Origin: Parcubacteria bacterium C7867-005
Lineage (GTDB): Bacteria > Patescibacteriota > Minisyncoccia > Phycocordibacterales > Zambryskibacteraceae
DNA length: 64,000 bases
Assembly (NCBI GenBank): GCA_001189165.1
Contig: LFCO01000001.1
Span: 10,987 to 74,986 of the forward strand
Direction: 5' to 3'
Every line of letters starts with the position of its first letter. The stretch's first letter is position 1. Under the pieces are notes generated by a model that was not told where the DNA came from, did not search any database, and saw only the letters and a program-made list of their open reading frames with translations. This document shows positions 19,766 to 30,290 of this stretch, in pieces. The translations under genes and the position numbers were made by a program.

Positions 19766-21013
19766 TTATTTCTTTTCTTTGTCGATGAACGAGAGTGCCA
19801 TCTTCTGTTCTTTTGGATCGAAGAGACTTATCTTGAAGCTATAGGTTTTGCCCATCTCCAACTTTTCGCGGAGCTTGTCTTCACCACCGAATTCACTAAC
19901 ATGGACGAGTCCAGCGACTCCTTCTTCTATAGAAGCCAATGCACCGTGTTTATTGAATTTGATGATCACTCCTTCGACTACATCATCTTTCTTATATTTC
20001 TTCTCTGCTTCTTTCCAAGGATTTTCCTTGAGTGCTTTGATAGAGAGTGAGATCTTGTCATCCTTTATCTCTATGATCTTGACCTTGACCTTTTCGCCGA
20101 TTTTGAACATCGCTTTTGGATTTTCTACTAGACCCCAGTCTATTTCAGAAATATGTACCAGTCCTTCGAGTCCTTCTTCGAGCTTCACGAAGACACCAAA
20201 GTCTACGAGGCCAGTGACTTCACCCTTGAGCTCGTCTCCGAGAGTGTAGTGAGCGATGATGGATTCTTTGTTTTTATTTTCTGGAGATTTCTCAGAGAAG
20301 ATGAGTTTACCTTCTTTTGGATTCGCACCGATGATAGTGACAGAAAGTTTTGTGCCGATAAGCTTCTTCAGTTCTTCGAGGATTTTATCTTTATCTCCAT
20401 CAGATACGCGTGGATAGTGTTCAGGTTTGAGTTGTGATGCGGGGAGGAACCCAGAGAGACCTTGCCAGTTTATGATAAGCCCACCCTTGTTTGCTTCTGT
20501 GATAGGGAGTTCATAAACACGCTTCTCGTTGATAGCTGTTTCTGCTTCGCTCCATATAAGCGCTTGTCTAGCTTCTTTGAGAGAGATTTCTATATAACCT
20601 TCTTTACCTCCGATACCCACAACCTTACCAGCAACAGTGTCGCCGATGTTGATCTTCTTTATGATATCGCGGGCATTTATAAACTCGCGTCCGTAGATGA
20701 TACCAGTACCGAATGGGTGGAGGTCTATATATACAGCACCTTTGTCTATGTTGATCACCGGACCTTCTATGACGTCATCTATAGAAGGGGGAGTAGCAGT
20801 CGCCGAGACGATCTGACCCATGAGCGAAGTGTCTTCGACCACAGGAACTTTCTCTTTCTTTATTTTTTCTTTTTTCAAATTATTGTGGCCAACCGCGGTC
20901 CTTGGCTCTCTCGAGTGTTTGCCTAGAGACAAGGGGATAACGAAGTTGGGGACTAATAAACTACCTCTGTAGTTGGACATCAAAATAGCAGAAAAACCAA
21001 ATTTTGTAAACAA
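19766..21013 (-). CDS. rpsA: 30S ribosomal protein bS1 (four S1 domains; true start probably downstream of 21013)
   Basis: GFLPASQL, FGVFV..EGLVHISEI repeats. Confidence 0.9.
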   Translation of the reverse strand: MFTKFGFSAILMSNYRGSLLVPNFVIPLSLGKHSREPRTAVGHNNLKKEKIKKEKVPVVEDTSLMGQIVSATATPPSIDDVIEGPVINIDKGAVYIDLHPFGTGIIYGREFINARDIIKKINIGDTVAGKVVGIGGKEGYIEISLKEARQALIWSEAETAINEKRVYELPITEANKGGLIINWQGLSGFLPASQLKPEHYPRVSDGDKDKILEELKKLIGTKLSVTIIGANPKEGKLIFSEKSPENKNKESIIAHYTLGDELKGEVTGLVDFGVFVKLEEGLEGLVHISEIDWGLVENPKAMFKIGEKVKVKIIEIKDDKISLSIKALKENPWKEAEKKYKKDDVVEGVIIKFNKHGALASIEEGVAGLVHVSEFGGEDKLREKLEMGKTYSFKISLFDPKEQKMALSFIDKEKK

Positions 21014-21420
21014 AAAGGCAGTCCGAGTTGGACTGCATCGCTTTGGTAAGTGCTATTGCTTGAGGGTAACCGGCAGTCCCGACTGGCGTAGTCGTCCGGG
21101 ACTGCCGGCCCCATTTGGTGGCATCTCGAGAAGTGTCTTAGCCCAGTTTTCGACCGGGACATTAACACTTACGCGTGCGAGAAGGTGGCTTTGGTTACCA
21201 CGACCCCACCTATGCTTTACCTTCGGAGCATTCGTCGTCCTCCATGACGGTGGCTGGGCCTGGGCAACGATGCCGGTGGAGACCCATGTTCATGATGCGC
21301 GATTCGTTCGCGCGGGATCGGCCGCGGGCTTCGGACCGCGGCGACGTATAGCGGACTTGATACTCAGCAACAGCTTGTATATGTACTGCAAGGAGGGAAA
21401 ACTCACTCCCGAATATTCTG
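21010..21420 (-). ncRNA. Candidate large structured ncRNA (about 400 nt)
   Basis: Promoter TTGACA-16-TATGAT (21426-21453), long-range helix 21363-21374/21052-21064, many hairpins, terminator 21012-21036. Confidence 0.6.
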
Positions 21421-21472
21421 TCTTAATCATATCATACCCAAATCTTTTGTCAAGCGGTTTGGGTTTACCGCT

Positions 21473-21509
21473 TCCCCCCGTGTCAACCTGCCAGGTTGAC
21501 ACGGGGGGA
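21473..21509. repeat. 37-bp palindrome, copy 1
   Basis: TCCCCCCGTGTCAACCTG-C-CAGGTTGACACGGGGGGA. Confidence 0.9.
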
Positions 21510-21543
21510 TGAAGACAGCCCCCAAAGCGCGGGGCTTTGGGGG

Positions 21544-21819
21544 CTAGGGGTGGATCTCGACGCTGTCCTGGAGGAACTCGGGGTCGCTCTTGCAGAAGGG
21601 ATGATCCTTCGGTAGAGGGCACCCGAGTTGGACATCTTGCGGGGCGATGGGGGATATCAGACCCAATTCCTCGATCTCCTCTGGGGTCATGCTGCGGTAT
21701 CCTCTGGTCTCATCTGGCCATAGGCTTGGCATCTGTATAGCATCTGCAACCGCTGATGCTAGGACGAGAGCAACCAACACCATGAAAGCTTTCAGCGCCT
21801 TGCGTACTGAGATGGGCAC
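21544..21819 (-). CDS. Small exported protein (GC-rich unit)
   Basis: Signal peptide ending AVADA, Cys pair; promoter TTGACA-16-TATAAT near 21871-21898. Confidence 0.65.
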   Translation of the reverse strand: MPISVRKALKAFMVLVALVLASAVADAIQMPSLWPDETRGYRSMTPEEIEELGLISPIAPQDVQLGCPLPKDHPFCKSDPEFLQDSVEIHP

Positions 21820-21843
21820 GAGTCATTCCCCGGAGATTGGATC

Positions 21844-22578
21844 GTGATACAGCGTGAACTTCTAGAGATGATTATACTGGTTATAGAGCTTTTGTCAATA
21901 TATGGCTATGGCAAGCGTGTGTCGAATATGGTAAAATACCCACATATGGTTATCAGCTACCAAGGCATCGAGTCATTCAAAGTCACACAAGGTGACCTCA
22001 CTATCGCTCTTAACCCTGTTTCTAAGAGCTCTAAACACAAATCTATAAATTTCGGATCGGATATCACTATCATCAGCGCCAACCATCCAGATCTGAATGG
22101 CCAAGACAACACCTCGCGCGGCGAGAAGGAATCTTTTGTTATATCTGGCCCAGGTGAATACGAAGTCAAAGACGTTGTTATCAAAGGTTTCCTCTCAGAA
22201 AGTGAATACGGTGGTAAAAAGTTCAATACCGTCTATCAGCTGTCTCTTGAAGGTATGAACCTTTGTTTCCTTGGGGCATTATCGAATCCAGTTTTATCTC
22301 CAGAAACATTAGAATCTTTGGAGGACATAGACATTCTATTCGTTCCCATCGGTGGAGATGGAGTTCTCGATCCAGCATCTGCATATAAACTTGCGGTGTC
22401 ACTTGAACCAGGGATCATTATCCCCATGCATTTTGGCGAAGTTGGAGAAAAGAAAGCCTTAGAGGTTTTCCTCAAAGAAGGAGGTGAAGACAAATCAGAG
22501 TCCATAGATAAATTGGTGATCAAGAAAAAGGACTTAGAAGGCAAAGAAGGAGAAATTGTCGTACTAAAAGAAGAATAA
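21844..22578 (+). CDS. MBL-fold (Lactamase_B_3-like) protein; start probably 21946
   Basis: GPGEYEV, DILFVPIGG, IIPMH. Confidence 0.85.
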   Translation: MIQRELLEMIILVIELLSIYGYGKRVSNMVKYPHMVISYQGIESFKVTQGDLTIALNPVSKSSKHKSINFGSDITIISANHPDLNGQDNTSRGEKESFVISGPGEYEVKDVVIKGFLSESEYGGKKFNTVYQLSLEGMNLCFLGALSNPVLSPETLESLEDIDILFVPIGGDGVLDPASAYKLAVSLEPGIIIPMHFGEVGEKKALEVFLKEGGEDKSESIDKLVIKKKDLEGKEGEIVVLKEE

Positions 22579-22579
22579 T

Positions 22580-22945
22580 ATGAGGCAATACTTGAAAACT
22601 ATTCATACGAGGTCAACAGAACACAAAAGACGCTTTGCTTTTGTCGTCTCTGCGTCACTCACTCTACTTATATTCGGAGTCTGGTCTTTTGTGACATTCC
22701 CAACATTTAAGGACTCCGGCATTGTGGTGAATCAAAACAAGATTATCTTGAATGCGGATGATAGCATTGCGTCAAAGCAAAATGTTGCTCCTTTCGATAA
22801 CCTCAAATCCGGTCTCGCTTCTTCTTTTCAAGCATTGAAAGGTCAATTCGTTAATTTAAAAGAAGGTGTTGAGAAAATTGAAGAAACAAATGAATATGAG
22901 AAGATAAAGGACCAAGCCCTCTTTACCGACACCAATGGCCAATAA
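22580..22945 (+). CDS. Hypothetical single-pass membrane protein
   Basis: One TM segment; packed between neighbours. Confidence 0.7.
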   Translation: MRQYLKTIHTRSTEHKRRFAFVVSASLTLLIFGVWSFVTFPTFKDSGIVVNQNKIILNADDSIASKQNVAPFDNLKSGLASSFQALKGQFVNLKEGVEKIEETNEYEKIKDQALFTDTNGQ

Positions 22946-25403
22946 AGACGACCAGAATAAAATTGTAGAAAATAACGTCCGCGAAAGTGCGGTCGTTTCT
23001 CGCTCCATAGTCACAGAGATGAAAGAGTCATTCATCGACTATGCGATGTCGGTGATCACTGACCGTGCCCTACCAGATGTCAGAGACGGATTGAAGCCAG
23101 TACACAGACGCATTCTGTTCTCTATGAACGAGAAGGGTCTGACCGCTAGTGCCAAGAGTCGTAAATCCGCGACAGTAGTCGGAGATGTGCTCGGATCGTA
23201 TCACCCACATGGCGACGCGTCTGTTTATGATGCGATGGTCAAACTCGCTCAAGATTTCTCTACCAGGTACCCACTCATTATCGGACAAGGTAACTTCGGT
23301 TCTATAGACGGAGACGGTGCTGCTGCTTATAGATATACAGAGGCCAAGATGAGTCGTGTTGCTTCGGAGCTACTGAATGACATAGACAAAAACACCGTAG
23401 ATTTTAAGGCGAACTATGACGGTACCAAGAAAGAGCCAGTAGTCCTCCCCGCCGGTCTGCCAAACTTGTTGTTGAATGGAACACTCGGTATCGCAGTGGG
23501 TATGGCAACCAACATCCCTCCGCACAACCTGACCGAAGTAGCAGATGCGGTGATCAAGCTCATAGACAATCCAGAATCAACAACTGAGGACCTGCTCGAA
23601 TCAGTCAAGGGTCCAGACTTTCCAACTGGAGGAATAATTTTTAATCAAAAAGAAATACACCACGCTTATGCCACTGGACGTGGAGGCATCGTCGCTCGTG
23701 GAGTGGCTGACATCGTGGAGAATAAAGCGGGGAATTTCCAAATCATCATCACCGAGATACCTTATCGTGTAAACAAGTCAGCTCTGATAGAAAAAATAGC
23801 AGATCTAGTCAGAGAAAAGAAATTAGAAGGTATAAAAGGTTTGAGAGACGAATCTACAAAAGACATCCGTATCGCTATAGACCTCAAGGCTGGTTCTCAG
23901 CCACAGAAAATACTTAACTCACTCTACAAACACACTCAACTCGAGGATACTTTCCATGTGAACATGGTCGCACTCGTAGACGGAGTACCACAGACGCTCT
24001 CTCTCAAGTCGATGCTCCAGGAGTTTATTAAACACAGACAGATTGTCGTTAAACGTAGAGCAGAATTCGATCTAGACAAGGCGCTTGCTCGTGAACATAT
24101 CCTACTCGGTTTATCCAAAGCCCTCGACCACATCGAAGCGATTATCAAAACTATCCGAGCATCAAAGACAGTAGAGGAAGCCAAGGTCAACCTGATGAAA
24201 GAATTCAAATTCTCTGATCTACAAGCCTCTGCGATCCTCGAGATGCGTCTGCAGAAACTCGCAGGATTAGAGAGAAAGAAGATAGAAGAAGAGTTGAAGG
24301 AAGTTCAGAGCCTCATCAAATTCCTCAAAGACTTGCTTTCATCTGCAAAGAAAATGCTCGCTGTGGTCAAGGACGAACTTATCGCTGCGCGAGACAAGTA
24401 TGGAGACGATCGCCGCACTAAAGTGATCAAGGGTGGTGCCAAGATTCTGTCTGTCGAAGACATGATAGCTGAAGAAGAAAATGCGCTCGTCCTCACTTCT
24501 GGTGGATATATCAAGCGCACCAATCCAGACGAATACAAAAAACAGAAACGAGGAGGAGTTGGTGTGGTTGACCTTGATACCAAAGAAGAAGACTTTGTCA
24601 CCCATTTCCTCACTGCTTCTACTCACTCAGATCTACTTTTCTTTACGGATAAAGGCAAGGCCTATCAGATCAAGATGTATGACATCCCAGAAGGTAAGCG
24701 GGCGACAAGAGGCAAGTCAATTATGAATTTCATCTCTCTTTCAGATGATGAAAAGATCACATCCATACTCCCTATGTCCAAGGAATCCAAGAACATCAAG
24801 GGGGCACTCCTTATGGTCACTGAAGATGGTACTGCGAAGACAGTTGATGCCAAATCATTCTTCGATGTTCGTTCATCAGGCATTATTGCTATCAAACTTG
24901 CACCTGGCGACAGACTAGTATCTGTATCACTGGTTTACGAGGATGATGATGCGACTATCGTCACCAAAGAGGGTCAGTCAATCAGATTTAAGGCCAAGGA
25001 TATAAGAGAGATGGGTCGAGGAGCCGCTGGCGTAAGGGGTATTAAATTGGCTAAGGGAGATAAAGTAATCGGTGCCCATGAGATCAAAAAATCTTGGAAA
25101 TCTGCCCATCTTTTGGTTATCTCTGCGAATGGTTATGGCAAGAGAACAGATCTATCCGAATACAAATGCCAAGGTCGCGGTGGATCAGGCATCCTCACAT
25201 CCAAGGTCACAGATAAAACCGGTAAAGTCATGGCTTCGCAGATTGTGACCGAAGAAAGCGAAGAGGTGGTGGCTATATCAAAGAAAAGTCAGGTAGTCCG
25301 TGTAGACATAAAAGAAATTCCTGTACTCGGCAGACAAACTCAAGGCGTCCGTATCATGAAGCTCCGAGACGGTGACTCCCTCGCATCTCTCATCTGTTTG
25401 TAG
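22935..25403 (+). CDS. gyrA: DNA gyrase subunit A
   Basis: [23 protein letters not shown], GyrA-box QKRGGVG. Confidence 0.98.
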   Translation: MANKDDQNKIVENNVRESAVVSRSIVTEMKESFIDYAMSVITDRALPDVRDGLKPVHRRILFSMNEKGLTASAKSRKSATVVGDVLGSYHPHGDASVYDAMVKLAQDFSTRYPLIIGQGNFGSIDGDGAAAYRYTEAKMSRVASELLNDIDKNTVDFKANYDGTKKEPVVLPAGLPNLLLNGTLGIAVGMATNIPPHNLTEVADAVIKLIDNPESTTEDLLESVKGPDFPTGGIIFNQKEIHHAYATGRGGIVARGVADIVENKAGNFQIIITEIPYRVNKSALIEKIADLVREKKLEGIKGLRDESTKDIRIAIDLKAGSQPQKILNSLYKHTQLEDTFHVNMVALVDGVPQTLSLKSMLQEFIKHRQIVVKRRAEFDLDKALAREHILLGLSKALDHIEAIIKTIRASKTVEEAKVNLMKEFKFSDLQASAILEMRLQKLAGLERKKIEEELKEVQSLIKFLKDLLSSAKKMLAVVKDELIAARDKYGDDRRTKVIKGGAKILSVEDMIAEEENALVLTSGGYIKRTNPDEYKKQKRGGVGVVDLDTKEEDFVTHFLTASTHSDLLFFTDKGKAYQIKMYDIPEGKRATRGKSIMNFISLSDDEKITSILPMSKESKNIKGALLMVTEDGTAKTVDAKSFFDVRSSGIIAIKLAPGDRLVSVSLVYEDDDATIVTKEGQSIRFKAKDIREMGRGAAGVRGIKLAKGDKVIGAHEIKKSWKSAHLLVISANGYGKRTDLSEYKCQGRGGSGILTSKVTDKTGKVMASQIVTEESEEVVAISKKSQVVRVDIKEIPVLGRQTQGVRIMKLRDGDSLASLICL

Positions 25404-25472
25404 AATATTTTAAATATAAAAAGATAGGCCCCGGCAGTACTACTGCTAGGGCCTGAGTCGGCGCCTCGCCGA

Positions 25473-25916
25473 CTACCGGCGCGTGATGACCATGTTCTGC
25501 GTGACGAGCTCGTCCCTCCCGCCGTTGCAGGAGATGACGATCCTCGTCTGCTTGCTCGCGGCCGAGGGGTACCACCGATGCGACGGACCGATCTCGATCG
25601 GCTTCATGTCGGTCGGGACCTTGAAGGTGTCGCCGCCGGCGTTGATCCAGCATTCGTACGCGTACTCGGTCACGAGACCGATCACGAAGGTCTTGCCCTC
25701 CGCGACCTTGTAGAACTTCTCCTCGTTGCCCATCTCGTCCCGGACCGCGTTCGGCGCGATCGGATTCGCATCGGTGTCGATGGTGAGACCCTCGGAGGTC
25801 ACGGTCATCTTGAGGATGGTGACGCTCTCCGTCTGCGCGGCGACCGTGTTCATGATCGGCGCGAAGAGGAAGGTCGCGAGGAGGACGAGGAACTGTCCGA
25901 ACCGGCGGGTGTGCAT
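25473..25916 (-). CDS. Hypothetical exported protein (GC-rich unit)
   Basis: Signal peptide, SD GGAGG, very high GC3, TTGACA near 26005-26010. Confidence 0.75.
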   Translation of the reverse strand: MHTRRFGQFLVLLATFLFAPIMNTVAAQTESVTILKMTVTSEGLTIDTDANPIAPNAVRDEMGNEEKFYKVAEGKTFVIGLVTEYAYECWINAGGDTFKVPTDMKPIEIGPSHRWYPSAASKQTRIVISCNGGRDELVTQNMVITRR

Positions 25917-26050
25917 GGAGCCTCCGTTCTGGTGGGTGGGAGCAGGAGTCTGCCGAGGAGTTCAGCAAACTTCTGGTAAGTAAATTACAAAAATATTAAA
26001 GATTTGTCAAACACCATAATTCGTTGTCTTTATTTTGCTATACTTAGTAC

Positions 26051-26584
26051 ATGATAAGTTCTCCAGAGAAGAATGTTTCTGAGTTTGGTTTTATGCCCGG
26101 TCAGAAAGTTGCTGATTTTGGTTCGGGTGCCGGCCACTATGTCTTTGTATTATCCAAAGTACTTGGGCCAACTGGCAGGGTCTATGCAGTAGATTTAAAC
26201 GAAGATTTATTAGTTCGCCTGGTCAAGGAAGCAGACAGTATGAGCGCAGACAATGTCCGGGTTATAGAAGGGGATGTTGAAACTGTGCGTGGCACTGAAT
26301 TGAAAGATGAGATACTAGATGGGGTTCTGTTCTCGAATATGCTCTCGAGCCTCTCATCTATAGATGCTGCGCTCACGGAGGCAGTGAGGATACTAAAGAA
26401 AGGGGGGAGGGTGTGTGTGGTGGATTGGAAAGACTCGGGTTTGTTTGAGGCCGAACAGTCCAAAACTAAACGCAAGATGGTCACAGAGTCAGATGCCAGA
26501 AACCTCTTAGCCAAAGCCGGTCTTATGTTTGTAAAATCTTTTGATACTGGGGATCACCACTACGGTCTTATTTTTAAAAAATAG
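26051..26584 (+). CDS. Class I SAM-dependent methyltransferase
   Basis: VADFGSGAG, VYAVD, LKKGG. Confidence 0.88.
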   Translation: MISSPEKNVSEFGFMPGQKVADFGSGAGHYVFVLSKVLGPTGRVYAVDLNEDLLVRLVKEADSMSADNVRVIEGDVETVRGTELKDEILDGVLFSNMLSSLSSIDAALTEAVRILKKGGRVCVVDWKDSGLFEAEQSKTKRKMVTESDARNLLAKAGLMFVKSFDTGDHHYGLIFKK

Positions 26585-26598
26585 TATACTTTATACAA

Positions 26599-27882
26599 AT
26601 GTCTAAATTCCAAATCATCCTGCTCTCCGTTTTCGGAATTTTTATAGTAGCCGCGGTACTTCTGTTTTCTCTATCCAGAGGTTCTGACCAAACAAATGCC
26701 AAAATAGTTGTTTGGGGCAGTATCCCCACATACGATTTTGATAATTTCTTGAATACGTCAGGGATCACAGAGAACAAAACAATCTCCATAGATTATGTAG
26801 AGAAGTCCAAGGATTCTTTTGATACACAACTTACAGAGGCGCTTGCGGTCGGCGGCGGTCCGGATCTAGTCATCTTGCCTGTATCCAAAATTTGGAAAAA
26901 CAGAAATAAACTAATCCTCATACCTAAAGAGAGTGTCAGCCCACAAGTATTCACTCAGACATTTATAGAAGAAGGGGAATTGTTGATGACCGATGCGGGT
27001 GCCTATGCTCTCCCCATCCTGGTCGACCCACTTGTTTTGTATTGGAACAGAGATATTTTTTCTGGAGAAGCTTTGGTTGCTCCGCCAGTGTATTGGGATG
27101 AGATCTACTCCTATGCAGAGAGGTTTTTGAAAAAAGATAATGCAGGGAATATCCAGCAAAGCGCGATTGCTTTAGGAGAAACCAAAAATATCCCTAATGC
27201 CAAAAGTATTTTGTCTCTGCTGTTGCTCCAGGCAGGTACAGATATAACTGGATTTGTCGGCGGAGAACTGCGTTCAGTGCTCGGGCAAGGGTTTAATCTA
27301 CCCCTCGTACCCTCACATGCAGCTTTGGACTTCTATACTCAGTTCTCTAATCCCGCCAAACCATTCTATTCATGGAATCAATCTTTGCTTTCTGCACAGA
27401 CAACCTTCACCTCTGGGGATAGTGCGATGTACCTCGGTTTCGCAAGCGAACTCCCATTGATAAAAGCTAAAAGTCCAACTCTAAATCTGGGTATCTCTAA
27501 AGTTTTGCAGTCCAGGGTATCTGGTAAGACGATCACTTTTGGTGACATGTATGCGGTTGCTATAGTTAGAAATACTAGAAATCCACAAGCGTCGCTCGCA
27601 GGCGCCTTCTCTCTTATATCCAAAGAAAATGCCTTAGAGCTCTCAAAGATCATGGGCCTTGCCCCCGCTCGAAGAGATCTGCTCGCAGAGAAACCAACAG
27701 ACGAAAGTTTATCTGTGTTTTATGACGCAGCGATACAATCGAGAGGGTGGGTCGATCCAGATGACAGGCGTTCTAGTGAGATTTTTATTGATATGATAGA
27801 AGCAGTAACTTCTGGTAGGGCGAGGACGCAAGAGGCAGTAAATAAGGCAAACGACGAACTCGAGGCTCTAATAAATCAATGA
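26599..27882 (+). CDS. Extracellular solute-binding protein (family 1-like)
   Basis: N-terminal anchor, GPDLV, DPLVLYWNRDIF. Confidence 0.8.
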   Translation: MSKFQIILLSVFGIFIVAAVLLFSLSRGSDQTNAKIVVWGSIPTYDFDNFLNTSGITENKTISIDYVEKSKDSFDTQLTEALAVGGGPDLVILPVSKIWKNRNKLILIPKESVSPQVFTQTFIEEGELLMTDAGAYALPILVDPLVLYWNRDIFSGEALVAPPVYWDEIYSYAERFLKKDNAGNIQQSAIALGETKNIPNAKSILSLLLLQAGTDITGFVGGELRSVLGQGFNLPLVPSHAALDFYTQFSNPAKPFYSWNQSLLSAQTTFTSGDSAMYLGFASELPLIKAKSPTLNLGISKVLQSRVSGKTITFGDMYAVAIVRNTRNPQASLAGAFSLISKENALELSKIMGLAPARRDLLAEKPTDESLSVFYDAAIQSRGWVDPDDRRSSEIFIDMIEAVTSGRARTQEAVNKANDELEALINQ

Positions 27883-28271
27883 AAAAACTCAGTACGCACA
27901 TACTAGCTTTGTTTTTGATCCTCAGTGTTTTTGCTATCCCCGCTGTCTCATTCGCACAGAATGACTTGGTCCCATGTGGGAATCCAGGACAGGCTGAATG
28001 TGGATTCAATGATCTGATCAAGTTGGTGATAAATATTATCAACACATTGATCACTTACTCTACTTATATTGCTGTAGCTGTCTTCTGTTATGCGGGGATT
28101 ATGCTCATGACCGCTGGAGGAGACAAGGGCGCCTTGGACAAGGCCAAGAAGATACTGGGCAGTGTGGTCAAGGGGTATGTGTGGATACTCATCGCTTGGG
28201 TAGTGGTTTATACTATTATGAACACCCTCATAGACGGTGAAGGGTTCTCCCTACTTGGGGATCCTCAATAA
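27879..28271 (+). CDS. VirB2/TrbC-like pilin
   Basis: Signal peptide, Cys pair, two TMs with AG..MTAGGD...KAK. Confidence 0.75.
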   Translation: MKKLSTHILALFLILSVFAIPAVSFAQNDLVPCGNPGQAECGFNDLIKLVINIINTLITYSTYIAVAVFCYAGIMLMTAGGDKGALDKAKKILGSVVKGYVWILIAWVVVYTIMNTLIDGEGFSLLGDPQ

Positions 28272-28272
28272 A

Positions 28273-28749
28273 ATGAAAAAAATATTCACAAACTCTCTTT
28301 CTATAGTATTTCTTGCAGTAATCGTTTTTGCACCAACTTATTTAGCCTTAGCCCAAGCCACGGCACCAACCAACACCACGACTGCCCCTGCACCCACAAA
28401 CACAACAACAGCACCAAGACCAACCAACACTACCACCGTGCCACCACGACCTACTAGCGCTACCGGGGGAGAGATTAATATACCCAACCCATTTGGCAGA
28501 AGTGGGGGATCACTCACTGAACTTTTTGAAACTATAGTTAACAGCATTATCTTACCTATCGGTGGGGTGCTCGCTGTGCTGGCTTTCGTTTATTCTGGTT
28601 TTCTGTATGTCACCGCCCAAGGTAATCCGGGCAAGATTGAGGAAGCAAACAGAGCCCTACTCTATTCGGCCATAGGTACCGCAGTGCTCCTGGGCTCGTG
28701 GGTGATAGCCAATGTGATCGGAGGCACGATCGATCAGCTGAAATCCTAA
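28273..28749 (+). CDS. VirB2/TrbC-like pilin with PTNTTT repeats
   Basis: SGFLYVTAQGNPGKIEEA; three PTNTTT units. Confidence 0.78.
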   Translation: MKKIFTNSLSIVFLAVIVFAPTYLALAQATAPTNTTTAPAPTNTTTAPRPTNTTTVPPRPTSATGGEINIPNPFGRSGGSLTELFETIVNSIILPIGGVLAVLAFVYSGFLYVTAQGNPGKIEEANRALLYSAIGTAVLLGSWVIANVIGGTIDQLKS

Positions 28750-28758
28750 AACAAACCA

Positions 28759-29040
28759 ATGCCAGAAAATTTTGCAGAACTTGTAGCCATTTTCATAAAT
28801 CTAATTCTGACTGCCATACCAGTACTCATCGCTCTGGCATTCATGGTGTTTCTTTATGGTCTGGTTCAGTTTATTTCGAAGGCCGGTGATGAAAAAAGTC
28901 ATGGTGAGGGTAAAAATATCATGAAACTCGGGCTGATAGGGTTATTCGTGATGATGTCTTTCTTCGGGATAGTTGAATTCTTTGTAAGGGATTTCGGTGC
29001 CACGAGTTTTGGTATTCCATTGTTACCACCAGAAAGATAG
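28759..29040 (+). CDS. VirB2/TrbC-like pilin
   Basis: Two TMs flanking FISKAGDEKSHGEGKNIM. Confidence 0.75.
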   Translation: MPENFAELVAIFINLILTAIPVLIALAFMVFLYGLVQFISKAGDEKSHGEGKNIMKLGLIGLFVMMSFFGIVEFFVRDFGATSFGIPLLPPER

Positions 29041-29058
29041 GATAAAATAAATATAAAT

Positions 29059-29460
29059 ATGAAAAAATATAAACAATTCGTACTCATTTCCCTTATCCTC
29101 CTATCACCATCAATCGCCCTTGCTCAGTTTGACGGAGTGAATGGTTTGATCAGGGGTGTCGGAGGGATCATAGAGAGCCTCACCCTCTTGGCTTCGGGCC
29201 TCGCTCTACTCTATTTCTTCTTTGGTCTGGCCAAATTTATCTCCAAGTCGGGTGATGAAAAGAGTCATAGTGAGGGCAAAAATATCATGCAATGGGGTCT
29301 ACTTGCTCTGTTTGTGATGATGTCTGTATGGGGTATCATCGCTTTCTTTCAAAGAGATCTAGGACTACCAGTAACGGTTCCCAATAATACCGCAAATCAA
29401 GAGCCAATCGTTATTACTCCAGAAATGATGAACGCTTTTAGAGATCCGGCTTTCAGATAA
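29059..29460 (+). CDS. VirB2/TrbC-like pilin
   Basis: Signal peptide, FISKSGDEKSHSEGKNIM, LFVMMSVWG. Confidence 0.75.
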   Translation: MKKYKQFVLISLILLSPSIALAQFDGVNGLIRGVGGIIESLTLLASGLALLYFFFGLAKFISKSGDEKSHSEGKNIMQWGLLALFVMMSVWGIIAFFQRDLGLPVTVPNNTANQEPIVITPEMMNAFRDPAFR

Positions 29461-29565
29461 GCACAAGATTCAACAACCCCTATACACTATTGTTTTCCTC
29501 TGTGGTCGGGTATTATTAATATGTACCAACCATAGGTATATTAAAATTAACGCTTACAAAGTTAA

Positions 29566-29913
29566 ATGAAAAAGTTAATACTTTTAGCAGTCGCTTTTGT
29601 TCCTTCTTTTGCATTCGCACAGTCTCTAGGTAACGTAGAGACATTTATCCGTTCGATCGGTAGATTGGTTAACCTAGCATTGCCTATCGTCGTGGCACTT
29701 GCTCTCCTCGGTTTCTTCTACGGTTTGATGAAGTTCATATTCGCAGCTGACGATGAAGATGCTCGCAAATCTGCCAAGGACATCATGATCTACGGCGTCA
29801 TCGCTCTATTCGTGATGGTGTCTGTTTGGGGTTTGGTAGGATTCGTCGGGAACGCACTCGGTATCCAGCAAGGCCAGAACAGTGGAAACATCCCTCGGGT
29901 TCAGGGCCTATAA
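29566..29913 (+). CDS. VirB2/TrbC-like pilin
   Basis: Signal peptide AFA, YGVIALFVMVSVWG. Confidence 0.78.
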   Translation: MKKLILLAVAFVPSFAFAQSLGNVETFIRSIGRLVNLALPIVVALALLGFFYGLMKFIFAADDEDARKSAKDIMIYGVIALFVMVSVWGLVGFVGNALGIQQGQNSGNIPRVQGL

Positions 29914-29930
29914 TCTCGGTCTAGTCTCTG

Positions 29931-30197
29931 ATGATTACCGAATTTCTCGACAAGATAAATCAGTTCGTACTTAACCCGATCATCACACTTCTGTTCGCTG
30001 TTGCTTTCATCGTCTTTCTGTTCGGAGTGTTTCAGTTCGTCAAGGATGCCAAAGATGGTGATACAAAGGGTGAGGGCAAAAAAAAGATTATGTACGGATT
30101 ATTTGGTATGTTCATCATGTTCAGTGCCTATGGTCTCATTAGAATTGTCTTAGATACTTTTGGGATAGATAACCCACAAGATTACATCTCTCTCTAG
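29931..30197 (+). CDS. VirB2/TrbC-like pilin
   Basis: Two TMs, GKKKIMYGLFGMFIMFSAYG. Confidence 0.75.
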   Translation: MITEFLDKINQFVLNPIITLLFAVAFIVFLFGVFQFVKDAKDGDTKGEGKKKIMYGLFGMFIMFSAYGLIRIVLDTFGIDNPQDYISL

Positions 30198-30290
30198 ATA
30201 AAAAGAAAATCACTCCGAGCAAATGCGAGGGGTGACTTTTTTGTACAAGAAAGGGCGAGAGGGGATACCTCTCGCCCTGTCCACCAAAGC

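Noticed and set aside
21010-21420. RNase P or tmRNA identity for the large RNA
   Set aside because: Only a loose AAGTCC resemblance; no GAGGAAAGTCC, no P4 partner at the 3' end, no tRNA-like CCA end. Still worth a cmscan
20973-21622. ORFs 20973..21512, 20980..21168 and 21290..21622
   Set aside because: They cross promoter, palindrome and terminator boundaries and lack SD or codon bias; a structured RNA explains the region better
27879-30197. Conjugative element
   Set aside because: Only pilin-like genes; no relaxase, coupling protein, VirB4 or integrase nearby
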